Below are positions 41,757 through 52,049 of a stretch of DNA of 64,000 bases, piece after piece. Source of the stretch: Gammaproteobacteria bacterium. Its GTDB lineage: Bacteria > Pseudomonadota > Gammaproteobacteria > UBA4575. A program made the position numbers and the translations under genes. The notes below the pieces were generated by a model. The model searched no databases. It was not told the origin of the DNA and saw nothing but the letters and a program-made list of their open reading frames with translations. How positions within the stretch are numbered: the stretch's first letter is position 1; the number at the start of each line of letters is the position of its first letter. Location of the stretch: positions 224,001 to 288,000 of the forward strand of contig CBDCTA010000022.1 in assembly GCA_965221955.1 (NCBI GenBank), read 5' to 3'.

Positions 41757-42239
41757 ATGCAGTTTAGTGAAAATAAGATACTATTGTTACTACTACTTGC
41801 TGTTGCAGGACTGTTGCTCACTATAGGTCTTGTCGCACCAATTATCACTTTTAAAAAGTTTATCTTTATTCAGAATACTTTTTCAATTTTAACAGCTTGT
41901 TGGAACCTACTTAAGCAAGGTCAGGTATTTTTATTTGTAGTCATTGCCTTGTTTAGCGTCCTCCTACCGATTCTAAAATTAGCTTTGCTCACTAAACTGG
42001 TGTTAAGTGCATCCATCATCAATTCAAATATAGAAAAATTGCTTGGTTGGATACATCGTTTTGGAAGATGGTCAATGTTAGATGTTTTTGTGGTTGCAAT
42101 TTTAGTTGTGGTGGTGAAACTCGGTGCGATTGGTAACGTCGAAAAACATATTGGATTATACGCTTATGCAGGTGCTGCTATTTTAATTATGCTACTCACA
42201 CATAAAATAGTTGCACAACTTGAAAAACAACAGCATTAA
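41757..42239 (+). CDS. Paraquat-inducible protein A family
   Basis: FSVLLPILK, GRWSMLDVFVVAILV. Confidence 0.88.
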   Translation: MQFSENKILLLLLLAVAGLLLTIGLVAPIITFKKFIFIQNTFSILTACWNLLKQGQVFLFVVIALFSVLLPILKLALLTKLVLSASIINSNIEKLLGWIHRFGRWSMLDVFVVAILVVVVKLGAIGNVEKHIGLYAYAGAAILIMLLTHKIVAQLEKQQH

Positions 42240-43042
42240 CCCGTCTTTCTAAACGGTTGTAGTAGCAATCGATCCAACCAAAGCTCACGTTGCTCACGAA
42301 AACTTTCGATGCCAATTGTCATACCTAAGTGCCCTTCTTTAGGTTGGGCGCGATAGGTTTTAAACATGTAGTCCCACTATGGTAGATTGAAACCAAAATT
42401 ACTATCAGTTTCTTTGCGTATAATTGAATGATGCACACGATGCATATCTGGCGTCACTATAAATAACCTCAACATCGAATCGATGGATTTTGGTATGCGT
42501 ATATTTGCATGATTAAATACCGAGGTTGCATTTAACAATATCTCAAACACTAACACAGCCATAGCTGGTGCACCGATGGCCACGATCACTAACATTTTTA
42601 TCACTAGTGATAAAACGATTTCCACTGGATGAAAACGAATAGCGGTTGTCACATCAAATTCTAAATCAGCATGATGCATGCGATGCAAATGCCATAAGAA
42701 ATCAACTTTATGAAAAATGACATGCTGTATGTAAATTGCAAGATCAAGCAAGAGCACTGCAATGATAATTGCCGCCACTTCAGGTAGCTCAATTACATTT
42801 AACAACCCTAAACCTGAATTTTGTGCATATACGGCCACAAATATTGCCGTGATCGGAATCAGCAGCCTTGTAACCAGCACATTGATGGTGCTAATCGATA
42901 GATTATTTAGCCAGCGTAAGCCTTTTGAATAATGTTGTTCACGGCGAGGAGCAATGATTTCCCAAATTGCGAAAACGACAAATACAGCTAAAAAAATACT
43001 CAGTCGAATAACAGCTTCATCGTGAAATAGAGAATCTAGCAT
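42236..43042 (-). pseudogene. Sterol desaturase/fatty acid hydroxylase family, interrupted by TAG at 42377-42379
   Basis: His boxes QHVIFH, LHRMHH, HRVHH; NFGFNLP*WDYMFKTY continues in frame to TAA at 42236. Confidence 0.85.
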
Positions 43043-43567
43043 TGCAACACTCTTTAAGGCTGAACACCGTATTCCAAACTAACTGTCAATGCTATTTAGA
43101 AAATTGGATAAGCTGATATAAATCAAACAATAACCGTTACGCTTATTGGGGCGCCTTCCATGGCTTGGGGACTTCCTTATGTATATAGTAAGACTCAGCT
43201 AACGCAAATTAGTTCTATCTATTCATATGTAACGTGTAAAAACTTCGACACATTTTCGATATGCAGTTGCTGATAATTTTAGGCTCTTACAACCCTAATT
43301 TGTTGCACATGGTTGTTTACAAAACTTTTCAATTACCGCTACTAGATACCGGAATAATTTCGTACTAAATATAAGGTTTTAAGCCCTTATTTAGACAACT
43401 CCCCCAGCTAATACCTCTTGGAACTAAGTCAAGCTAGTAAATGTCATAGAGTTACAGTGTTTTTCACCTAGATTTTCTCAATTGCAGTATAGTAACCACT
43501 GTAGTTTTCATAGATATTTTAGGTTAATTCATTTTACACAGGGGCTTAGTGCGATAGGCGTATCGAT

Positions 43568-44350
43568 ATGAATGTTGTCGCTAATTTATTGCTTGTTCTA
43601 TTGTTATGTACTTTTGTCGGCGCATGCAGCTCATCCTCTTCAAGCAGTATGCCTTCTATTCCTACCCCTAGTTCCCAATCTGAGTCTGAATCCAGTTCAT
43701 CATCTGCCGAAAACACTAGCGAACAAAAACAAACAAGTAAAAATAGTCAAGCTTCTGAAGAATCTTCGACTGAAAATGAACAACATGCAGCAACAGATGA
43801 TCAAAGCGAACCGTCCCAAGAAGGTGCACAAACAGATGAAGAAAAAGTTGCTATGTTAGATGCGCAGCTTGAAGAAAAACTTCGAAAGTATGATGAGCAA
43901 TTGCATAAAGAACTTGAAAAAGCTGAAGCACAAAAACAAGCACAAGCACGAGAACGTGAAGCAAAAGAAGCTGCTGAAGCAGGTATAGAGGAAGAAGACG
44001 AATTTGCAGAAGGGGATGAAGCAGAAAATAATGAAGAAGGTGCCTCTGAAGATGAACAGATGGCTAAAGCAGATTCACAACAAACTCCTCAAGGCAGTAA
44101 AACCCAACAAGCTGAAAATGAAAACAACTCAAGCAAAGGAGACAATGGCAAAGGCAGTAAAGGTTCCGCACCAAAAAATATCCCTAGTGGTAACGATGAC
44201 GATGTAGTTGCAAGACAATTACGCGAAGCTGCAGAAAACGAACAAGACCCTGAGCTACGTGAAAAACTTTGGGAGGAATATCGAAAATATAAAAAACAAC
44301 AGGCTAGTGCAAGCGCTCAACCGCCCAGTGCTGTGAATCAAACACAGTAA
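43568..44350 (+). CDS. Low-complexity acidic lipoprotein
   Basis: Lipobox VGAC; S/E/Q-rich; ordered C-terminal DDDVVARQLREAAENEQDPELREKLWEEYRKYK. Confidence 0.8.
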   Translation: MNVVANLLLVLLLCTFVGACSSSSSSSMPSIPTPSSQSESESSSSSAENTSEQKQTSKNSQASEESSTENEQHAATDDQSEPSQEGAQTDEEKVAMLDAQLEEKLRKYDEQLHKELEKAEAQKQAQAREREAKEAAEAGIEEEDEFAEGDEAENNEEGASEDEQMAKADSQQTPQGSKTQQAENENNSSKGDNGKGSKGSAPKNIPSGNDDDVVARQLREAAENEQDPELREKLWEEYRKYKKQQASASAQPPSAVNQTQ

Positions 44351-44375
44351 CTTTTAATAATAAAAACACAAGATC

Positions 44376-45560
44376 ATGAAAAAATATAAGTACATAACGG
44401 CCTTTTTTATTTTTCTATTTGCATTCATGTTTAGTGGCTGTTCAACTACTGCCGTTAAGGTCACAGATGCAGAAGAAATCGAAGCTGAAACTGCTCAACT
44501 ACAAGACAGCAGTCTGCTAGATGTAGGGATATTGCTGTTTGAAAAAGGCGAGATAACAGAAAAACAAAAAGAACAAGAAGGCGTGCATGACGATATTCGT
44601 CAGGCCGAAGCACGCTACATGGCCTATCACTTAAAAGAAACCATGCAACGCTCGAATGGCTGGGGCGCAATACGCGTTTTACCAGAAAAATCTTATATTG
44701 CAGATGTAGTAGTGGCCGGCAAAATCATGGCTTCAAATGGAGAGGAAATGATAGTCACTATTCATGTAAGTGATAGTACTGGTGAAGATTGGTTTGAAAA
44801 AACATACAAAACTCTTGCTGATGACGAAGCTTATCGCTATTCAAAACCAGGCCGAGATGTCTATCAATATGTTTATAACCGCATTGCCAACGACATTCGC
44901 AAACATCGCAAAAATTTAACTGACAAAGAATTGATCGCGATACGTAATAATTCTGAACTTCGCTATGCAGCAGGAATATCCCCTGACCCTTTTGCAGATT
45001 ACATCAGTTATGATCCGAGTGGGCACAGCAGCATCACGCGTTTACCTGCCAACGACGACCCAATGTTGACGCGCGTACGTAAAGTGCGTGATCGGGAGTT
45101 TTTGTTTATAGACACCATCAACGAGCACTACTCGAATTTTTATGGTGAGATGTGGGAACCGTATGAGAATTGGCGTTACTATTACATGATTGAGGCTGAA
45201 CAACGTCGTGAAATTGAACGGCGTGCCAAACAAACTAAGTTCGTTGCAGCCCTAATCATGATCGCAGGAGTTATGCGTGGTCCAGGATTATTTACTACAG
45301 GTGCACTCCTGTATAAGAACGGCATGGACATCAGCGAACAAGCAGAAATTCATAACGAAGCGATACGTGAACTTGGAGATTCTTTACAAGCAGAAGTAAA
45401 TCCCTTAGTCGTTGAAGTTCAAGGTCGTGCCATTGAGTTAACTGGTTCTATAGAAGAGCAGTATCAACAATGGCGCAAATTATTACGCGAAATCTATATT
45501 AATGAAACAGGTTTTGCTTTAGATGATCATGCTGAAACCAAAGACAGTGCAAAACTGTAA
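44376..45560 (+). CDS. Hypothetical lipoprotein
   Basis: Lipobox FSGC; 394 aa; second gene of the operon. Confidence 0.8.
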   Translation: MKKYKYITAFFIFLFAFMFSGCSTTAVKVTDAEEIEAETAQLQDSSLLDVGILLFEKGEITEKQKEQEGVHDDIRQAEARYMAYHLKETMQRSNGWGAIRVLPEKSYIADVVVAGKIMASNGEEMIVTIHVSDSTGEDWFEKTYKTLADDEAYRYSKPGRDVYQYVYNRIANDIRKHRKNLTDKELIAIRNNSELRYAAGISPDPFADYISYDPSGHSSITRLPANDDPMLTRVRKVRDREFLFIDTINEHYSNFYGEMWEPYENWRYYYMIEAEQRREIERRAKQTKFVAALIMIAGVMRGPGLFTTGALLYKNGMDISEQAEIHNEAIRELGDSLQAEVNPLVVEVQGRAIELTGSIEEQYQQWRKLLREIYINETGFALDDHAETKDSAKL

Positions 45561-45628
45561 TCGTTAGAAGTTAATCTCGCCTTACGTACAAATGTAGGTG
45601 GCAAGGACGCCAATAATTATAAATTGCA

Positions 45629-47152
45629 ATGCATGATAAAGATGCCACTCCAATCGAAGCAATTGATTTTGAGTCACTGCAAACACCCTCCGAGCAGAGC
45701 AATGAATCAAGTCGTAGTGTAAATACCAAACCTATTCTTTGGTTTATTTTTATTTTTCTACTGTTATGCGCAATCCTTGTTTTCGTGTTCTTACCAAAAT
45801 ATGTAGCTGAAAAACGCGCAACGAGCACCCCTAACCCATCTACACAGATTGAATCGCCTGCAGTAGAAGAACTTGCAATTGAAGCTGTTCAAGAACCCGT
45901 CAAAGAATTATCTATAGAAGAACTTAATGCTCTAAAACAAGAAGCTGAAGAACTTTTATTGAAAATTATTGATAGACAAAAACTGTTGGAAAACAAAGCA
46001 GTAAAAAAATGGGCCGCAGATGAATTCAAAATAGCGGAGACATCAGGTTCTGAGGGTGATGAGCATTTCCGTAAAAAAGAATATACGCAATCAATTGCAT
46101 CCTATGAGGATGCTATAACAATATTAAATGATTTAGAAAAACAAATTATTCCAACGCTAGCAAAGCATTTAGAAAAAGGTGAATTGGCATTGGATCAAGC
46201 AGAACAAACAAGCGCTATACACCATTTTGAACTAGCCAAAGCAATAGACGAAGGTAACACGCAGGCTATAAATGGTTTAAAACGCGCAGCGACGATTAAA
46301 GAACTATATGCTTTATTAGATAAAGGTGGAAAAGTTGAATCTGCGAACCGCCTTAGTGAAGCACAAAATATTTATAAGCAGGCTACCGAACTAGATCCTC
46401 TATCTAACGAAGCAAAATTGGCATTGCAAAGAGTGACTGGTCGATTAACACAAATAGAGTTCACTCAGTTAATTAATCAAGGCTACACTTCGCTTAAATT
46501 ACGTCAGTATAGTGACGCTAAAGCCTCATTTACTGCAGCACAAAAATTATTACCCAACTCCGAAAAGCCTAAACAAGGTTTAGCTAAAATACAACAAGCT
46601 CAACACAATGAGAAGCTCTCAGCCTTAAGTGCTGAAGCTCAGCATTTTGAGAAAATCCAAGACTGGGGTAATGCTGTAAAAAGCTATCAGCAAATTTTAA
46701 ACATCACACCAAACCATGCATCAGCACAACAGGGATTGCAACGTAGCCAACAGCGCAAAAAATTGCTTTCGCTTTTAAATGAGCATATTGATAATAAATT
46801 GCGTTTAAGCACAAAAGCCGTTTCAGATAATGCCCAACAACTGCTCAATGAAGCAAGCGCTCTCAATAACCCAGGAAGCAAAATCGAACAAGCTGCATTA
46901 ACACTTAAAGAATTATTATTTTTAGCTAAACAACCTATATCGATTACTTTGCAGTCGGATAATCAAACCGATATCGTAATTTACAAAGTTGGTAAAATTG
47001 GAAAATTCGAGCATCATGAAATTGAACTCAAGCCTGGAAAATATACCATAGTAGGCTCACGCTCGGGTTTTCGTGACGTAAGAAAAGTAATAACAGTGTT
47101 AACAGACATGACAAATAAAACTATCGATGTGCGCTGTGATGAGCCAATTTAA
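45629..47152 (+). CDS. Single-TM TPR-like protein
   Basis: TM ILWFIFIFLLLCAILVFVFLP; TPR-like repeats; beta-rich C-terminus LKPGKYTIVGSRSGFRDVR. Confidence 0.78.
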   Translation: MHDKDATPIEAIDFESLQTPSEQSNESSRSVNTKPILWFIFIFLLLCAILVFVFLPKYVAEKRATSTPNPSTQIESPAVEELAIEAVQEPVKELSIEELNALKQEAEELLLKIIDRQKLLENKAVKKWAADEFKIAETSGSEGDEHFRKKEYTQSIASYEDAITILNDLEKQIIPTLAKHLEKGELALDQAEQTSAIHHFELAKAIDEGNTQAINGLKRAATIKELYALLDKGGKVESANRLSEAQNIYKQATELDPLSNEAKLALQRVTGRLTQIEFTQLINQGYTSLKLRQYSDAKASFTAAQKLLPNSEKPKQGLAKIQQAQHNEKLSALSAEAQHFEKIQDWGNAVKSYQQILNITPNHASAQQGLQRSQQRKKLLSLLNEHIDNKLRLSTKAVSDNAQQLLNEASALNNPGSKIEQAALTLKELLFLAKQPISITLQSDNQTDIVIYKVGKIGKFEHHEIELKPGKYTIVGSRSGFRDVRKVITVLTDMTNKTIDVRCDEPI

Positions 47153-47187
47153 TAATTTATTCTCTTTATTTTCAGCAATACATAACG

Positions 47188-49602
47188 ATGATTGAGCAAG
47201 TTTGCATTACTGACCATAAGGGCCCTAGGTTTTATACCCATGCAGATTTTCCGTTATCAATTGGTTCCCACCCTAATGCTGATTTAGAGATTTCAGAACA
47301 TGAAGGCTCTGATCCTGCCTTTTTCATCATCATTGTAAATCGCGCATACATTGATACTGAAAATTCTAAAATCAAAGTTCTTCTCAACAATGAACGTGTC
47401 ACTGGTCAAAAAGAAATTCAACACAATGACATTTTAGAAATTGAAGGAATTGCGTTTCATTGTGAACACATAGGTAACACTCTTTCTATTTCTTTATATG
47501 ATGATGATGCTCATCTAGTGAGTCGAAACGAAGCGATTGCTTCAGATGGCGAGTTAATTGAACCCATCGTAATACCCGAACGCACGATAGAAAAAAAATC
47601 AAAAAAACGCTTTAAAGGATTATTATTTTTTGCAGGTCTATTAGTATTTGGCTTACTTGCTATTGTTTTAGGATATATTTTTACAGCTAAAACATTACTA
47701 ATCGAAATTGAACCCACTCCTGATCGCATCGCCTTACATGGAGATATTTGGCCAATTAAGATACGTGACCGTTATTTATTACAACCGGGTAATTATTCTT
47801 TACAGGCAAATAAAGCAGGCTACCGCCCATTACAACAAAAAATTAAAGTAAGTAAACACCAGTCACAGACATTAACTTTTACCCTAGAAAAAAAACCCGG
47901 CTATTTAAATATTAGTAGTCAGCCTGTTGAAAAGGCACGAATCCTGATTAATGGAGAACAAATTGGCAGTACTCCTATTGATACAATAGAACTTGAACCA
48001 GGAAGCTATAGCGTGGAAGCAAGCGCTGAACGTTATCAGCTCTACACGACTCAAGTGGTAATAGAAGGTAAAGAGGTCCAACAACAATTAAACATCAATT
48101 TATTACCTGACTGGCAAGATATCTTGATTGATTCGCAACCTAAGGGGGCTGAAATCTGGCTAAATGGTGAGAAAAAAGGAGTCACGCCTGCGTCATTCGA
48201 ACTGGATAGTGGTCAATATAGTCTTGAATTACGCCACCAAGATTATTTGCCTTATATAAAGGACTTTATTGTCGATGCTAATCAAGTTTTTAAACTTCCT
48301 GTCGCAGAATTATTTACCAGCCCAAGCCATTTGGTTATTACTAGCACACCTTCCAAAGCAAAAGTCGAAATCGCTGGAGAAGAACAAGGCATAACACCTT
48401 TTACTTTGCGTTTGAATCCAAACATAGAACACACCATTACGCTGAGTAAACCCGGGTTTCGAACAAACCAACAAATTGTAGTATTAAAACCTGGAGAACA
48501 ACAAAATATTTCTGCAAACCTAGAAGCAATCCTTGGAACCGTGATACTCAATGTTGAGCCTCATGATGCTGAAGTTTTTATCAACGGCAAATTTATGGGC
48601 AGTGGTAATGTAAAGCTATCTTTACCGAGTGCCAGTCAGCGGCTTGAAATCAGAAAATCTGGTTATCAAGTATATGAAAAAATGATTTCTCCAAACCCTA
48701 GTGCTCCACAAGTTTTAGATGTGAACTTATCGCGCATCACGAGTACTGCAAATTTAAGTAAGCCCAGTACAATACGCACCTCTGAAGGACAAGAGCTGAA
48801 ATTGATCTTCGGTGGTAAATTTTCAATGGGTGCAGCACGGCGCGAACAAGGACGACGTTCCAATGAAACATTACATTCCGTTGAACTGGTTAAGCCGTTC
48901 TATATAAGTGTATATGAGATTACTAACCAACAATTTGCTGCGTTTAAAAATATACACACTTCAGGTTCATATAAAAGTCATGATTTATCCGCCGGCAATT
49001 TACCGGTTAGCAATATAAGTTGGGAAGAGGCAGCGCTTTACTGCAACTGGTTAAGTGATAAAGATGGGCTGGAAAAAGTCTATCATGAAAAAAATGGCGT
49101 ACTTGTTGCCAAGAACCCCGTTCCTTCAGGCTATCGCTTACCCACTGAAAGCGAATGGGAATGGGTCGCACGTATTCAAAATAATAATCAAATCATCCGC
49201 TACGAATGGGGCAATGAGTTTCCTCCTAATAAGGTGACAGGAAATTATGCGGATCAGTCTGCCACCGAAATCTTAGATCCTTTACTTCCTGATTATAACG
49301 ATGGCTTTGTCGTTGCTTCACCCGTTGGTAGTTTTGCCGCGAATTATTTTGGTATTTTTGACATGGGCGGCAATGTAGCGGAATGGTGTCATGACTATCA
49401 CAGCATTTACCCTAGCTTAAGTGATGAAATTTTTACCGACCCTTTAGGTCCAAATAGTGATCAAGCTATTGATAATAAACATGTTATACGCGGTGCTTCA
49501 TGGATGCGTGGTGATTTAAGTAGCACACGTCTAAGTTATCGTGATCGAGATAACACTAATCGTATTGATGTTGGCTTTCGTATCGCCAAGTACATAGACT
49601 AA
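47188..49602 (+). CDS. FHA-like + TM + PEGA repeats + FGE-sulfatase (SUMF1-type) domain protein
   Basis: PEGA repeats (ISSQP..A.I.ING..IG.TP); FSMGA, YRLPTESEWEWVAR, FDMGGNVAEWCHD, VIRGASW, VGFRIA. Confidence 0.88.
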   Translation: MIEQVCITDHKGPRFYTHADFPLSIGSHPNADLEISEHEGSDPAFFIIIVNRAYIDTENSKIKVLLNNERVTGQKEIQHNDILEIEGIAFHCEHIGNTLSISLYDDDAHLVSRNEAIASDGELIEPIVIPERTIEKKSKKRFKGLLFFAGLLVFGLLAIVLGYIFTAKTLLIEIEPTPDRIALHGDIWPIKIRDRYLLQPGNYSLQANKAGYRPLQQKIKVSKHQSQTLTFTLEKKPGYLNISSQPVEKARILINGEQIGSTPIDTIELEPGSYSVEASAERYQLYTTQVVIEGKEVQQQLNINLLPDWQDILIDSQPKGAEIWLNGEKKGVTPASFELDSGQYSLELRHQDYLPYIKDFIVDANQVFKLPVAELFTSPSHLVITSTPSKAKVEIAGEEQGITPFTLRLNPNIEHTITLSKPGFRTNQQIVVLKPGEQQNISANLEAILGTVILNVEPHDAEVFINGKFMGSGNVKLSLPSASQRLEIRKSGYQVYEKMISPNPSAPQVLDVNLSRITSTANLSKPSTIRTSEGQELKLIFGGKFSMGAARREQGRRSNETLHSVELVKPFYISVYEITNQQFAAFKNIHTSGSYKSHDLSAGNLPVSNISWEEAALYCNWLSDKDGLEKVYHEKNGVLVAKNPVPSGYRLPTESEWEWVARIQNNNQIIRYEWGNEFPPNKVTGNYADQSATEILDPLLPDYNDGFVVASPVGSFAANYFGIFDMGGNVAEWCHDYHSIYPSLSDEIFTDPLGPNSDQAIDNKHVIRGASWMRGDLSSTRLSYRDRDNTNRIDVGFRIAKYID

Positions 49603-49621
49603 GTATTACAACTTAATATTT

Positions 49622-49867
49622 ATGAAAAATTTAGCAAAATTACTTTTTTACTTCACTATCTTGTACATGTTTTGTCTTGATGTAGGCATTGCTGAAGAAG
49701 ATAACAACAAGCAACCCTCTCAAGAACAAGCTACAAACTCTAGTAAACCGAAACAAACAGTGAATCAAAAAATAGGCAAGCGTGGACAAGTTAAAACACT
49801 TGAAGAATTTGTGCCTTCCGAAGAAGTGTCTGCAGATAAACCAGTCGCTTTTCCTAATGATATTTAA
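49622..49867 (+). CDS. Small secreted protein
   Basis: Signal peptide; C-terminal EEFVPSEEVSADKPVAFPNDI; 5-bp gap to the next gene. Confidence 0.7.
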   Translation: MKNLAKLLFYFTILYMFCLDVGIAEEDNNKQPSQEQATNSSKPKQTVNQKIGKRGQVKTLEEFVPSEEVSADKPVAFPNDI

Positions 49868-49872
49868 AAAAC

Positions 49873-50670
49873 ATGAATAAAACTTTTTCATTCGAATTTA
49901 TCTATCAAGTACTCAGCTTGCTGATCATTATCATTATTGTACATGCAGCGTATGTAGCAGTTATTCGCCCAAATGCTGAGGCAGAACTTGAGCAACAAGC
50001 TGAACAAATAAATATTGATAAAGACTATGTTCCAAAAAGATCGATCTATGTGTTGATACGTGACTATGAGCAAGAAGCCTGCTTCATTTTAATGTTTTGG
50101 GCCTTATTCATCATGGCATTTAAAGCTTCAAACTTATTGCGTGAACGTAGTTTGTTAGACAAAGATCTGTTACAAGCTAAGGAAAGTATAAAATTTTTAC
50201 CACAGGATACCCACGAACTTTCGAGACAAATTCAAAACTTATCCAATGAAGAGCAAGGTTATTTATTACCAAGAGTACTTAATGTTGCTTTACACCGTTT
50301 TAGCTCGACAAAAAATATTCAAGACGTGTCCTCTGCAGCGATTAGTGTTTGTGAGTCAGAATCTGAACGATTAGATTCAGAACTTTCTATCATTCGTTAT
50401 ATTACTTGGGCAATTCCTTCGATTGGATTTTTAGGCACAGTGCGTGGAATCGGGGATGCATTGGGTCAAGCACACAAGGCTGTAGAAGGTGATATTGCTG
50501 GGGTTACTGAGAGCTTGGGTGTCGCATTTAATTCTACATTGATTGCATTGTGTATCAGTATTGTATTGATGTTCATTGTGCATCAGTTACAACTATTACA
50601 AGAAAGATTTATTTTAGACACACAAAACTATTGTAATAATAATTTGATCCGTCACTTACAAGTCAGTTAG
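49873..50670 (+). CDS. MotA/TolQ/ExbB proton channel family
   Basis: IPSIGFLGTVRGI and GVAFNSTLIAL helices with channel threonines. Confidence 0.9.
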   Translation: MNKTFSFEFIYQVLSLLIIIIIVHAAYVAVIRPNAEAELEQQAEQINIDKDYVPKRSIYVLIRDYEQEACFILMFWALFIMAFKASNLLRERSLLDKDLLQAKESIKFLPQDTHELSRQIQNLSNEEQGYLLPRVLNVALHRFSSTKNIQDVSSAAISVCESESERLDSELSIIRYITWAIPSIGFLGTVRGIGDALGQAHKAVEGDIAGVTESLGVAFNSTLIALCISIVLMFIVHQLQLLQERFILDTQNYCNNNLIRHLQVS

Positions 50671-50681
50671 CGTGTAATGTC

Positions 50682-52049
50682 ATGTCTGAAGCCAGACCTA
50701 TTGTTATCATTGAGTGCTATGGCAGTGGCGTGCGGATCTGTGATGGCGAAAACATTCTTACCGACAGCACAAGCTATGCGTTAATTGAAGCCGATAATAC
50801 AATTATTGTAGGAGAGCTTGCTGAACACCAAGCACACCTTCGACCGCGAGAAGTAAGCACTCAGTTCTGGGCCAACCTCTCTGCTAGTAGCACTACCAAA
50901 CATATTGTCAGTAATGCTGAGCTCGCCCTATATCACTTACAACATGCCTGGCAATCTGCAAATTGTTCAAATCACGATGTTATTTTTATTACGCCTGCAA
51001 ATTTTGATAAGCATCAATTAGGTTTGTTGCTTGGTATTTGTGAAAAACTCTCTATCCATGTCGCAGGCATCGTATGTAATGCAGCTCTTGTTTTGCGAAA
51101 TCCACTTCGAAACAGTAAAGCTATTTATTTGGATTTACTCCTACAGCAACTGGTGATTACTGAATTGAATCATACCGATTCTGGTGTAGAGATTATTCAG
51201 CCGAGCCGGATTTTTGATTATGGTATACAAAATTTTATACAGAATTGTGCCAAAACCATTGCAAGCGAATTTGTAAATAAAACTCGCTTTGACCCTTTGC
51301 ATACTGCACAAGATGAGCAACAGTTTTTTGATCAACTACCTTCTTGGTTGATGCAATTGAAAACCAATGAAGTAATTGAGTGCCGTCTTTCTGTAGAGGG
51401 AAAGCATTTTGCGATAGAAATAAATCAACAGCAGCTACAAAAAGCTAATCAAGTACTATTTGAAGAAGTCGCAGCCTACCTCAATGTGCTTTTTCACGAT
51501 CATGACACATTGGCTATCTATTGCTCAGCTAGCTGCAATAAAATTTATGCTTTACATGAGTTTTTGTCGGCATTGCCTGGTTGCGCTGTGATACAGATGA
51601 ATGCAATGGATATTGCTCAACACGCTTTGCACAGCAAGAATGAAATTATTCGTGAAGGTCAAGTCCATTACATTACACGCTTAACTTGGTCAGACAAATC
51701 AATTACAGAATCCTTAAACTTTAATCCTGGAAAATTATCTAATATTTCGAGTATCCCTACACATGTGTTGATTGGTGGGCATGCTTATTCTCTACAACAA
51801 GAAATTTATATCGCAAGCAATGACTCTTCTACGGATCCAATCATCTTGTTAGAAAATCGATCTGATTGCTTGTGCAAAATTTCTAGTAATAACGTGAGTG
51901 TAGATATAGAAGTATTAAATGCTAAGTCGATTATGATCAATCATAATAAGGTTTCTGTTATGACTAGCGCAAAAATAGGGGACATACTAAGCATCCAAAC
52001 TAGTGAATCATCGTGCGAATTTATAAAAGTGGTGCAACATGAAGCGTAG
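50682..52049 (+). CDS. Cytoplasmic protein, possibly degenerate Hsp70/actin fold with FHA-like C-terminus
   Basis: S.ALI....IIVGELA, VIFITPANF....LGLL.GI..L.IHV; C-terminal IN......AKIGDILSI. Confidence 0.55.
   Translation: MSEARPIVIIECYGSGVRICDGENILTDSTSYALIEADNTIIVGELAEHQAHLRPREVSTQFWANLSASSTTKHIVSNAELALYHLQHAWQSANCSNHDVIFITPANFDKHQLGLLLGICEKLSIHVAGIVCNAALVLRNPLRNSKAIYLDLLLQQLVITELNHTDSGVEIIQPSRIFDYGIQNFIQNCAKTIASEFVNKTRFDPLHTAQDEQQFFDQLPSWLMQLKTNEVIECRLSVEGKHFAIEINQQQLQKANQVLFEEVAAYLNVLFHDHDTLAIYCSASCNKIYALHEFLSALPGCAVIQMNAMDIAQHALHSKNEIIREGQVHYITRLTWSDKSITESLNFNPGKLSNISSIPTHVLIGGHAYSLQQEIYIASNDSSTDPIILLENRSDCLCKISSNNVSVDIEVLNAKSIMINHNKVSVMTSAKIGDILSIQTSESSCEFIKVVQHEA

Noticed and set aside
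42377-42379. Pyrrolysine or programmed amber read-through
   Set aside because: Position is a family-conserved Trp one substitution from TAG; no pyl genes seen; TAG ends other genes normally
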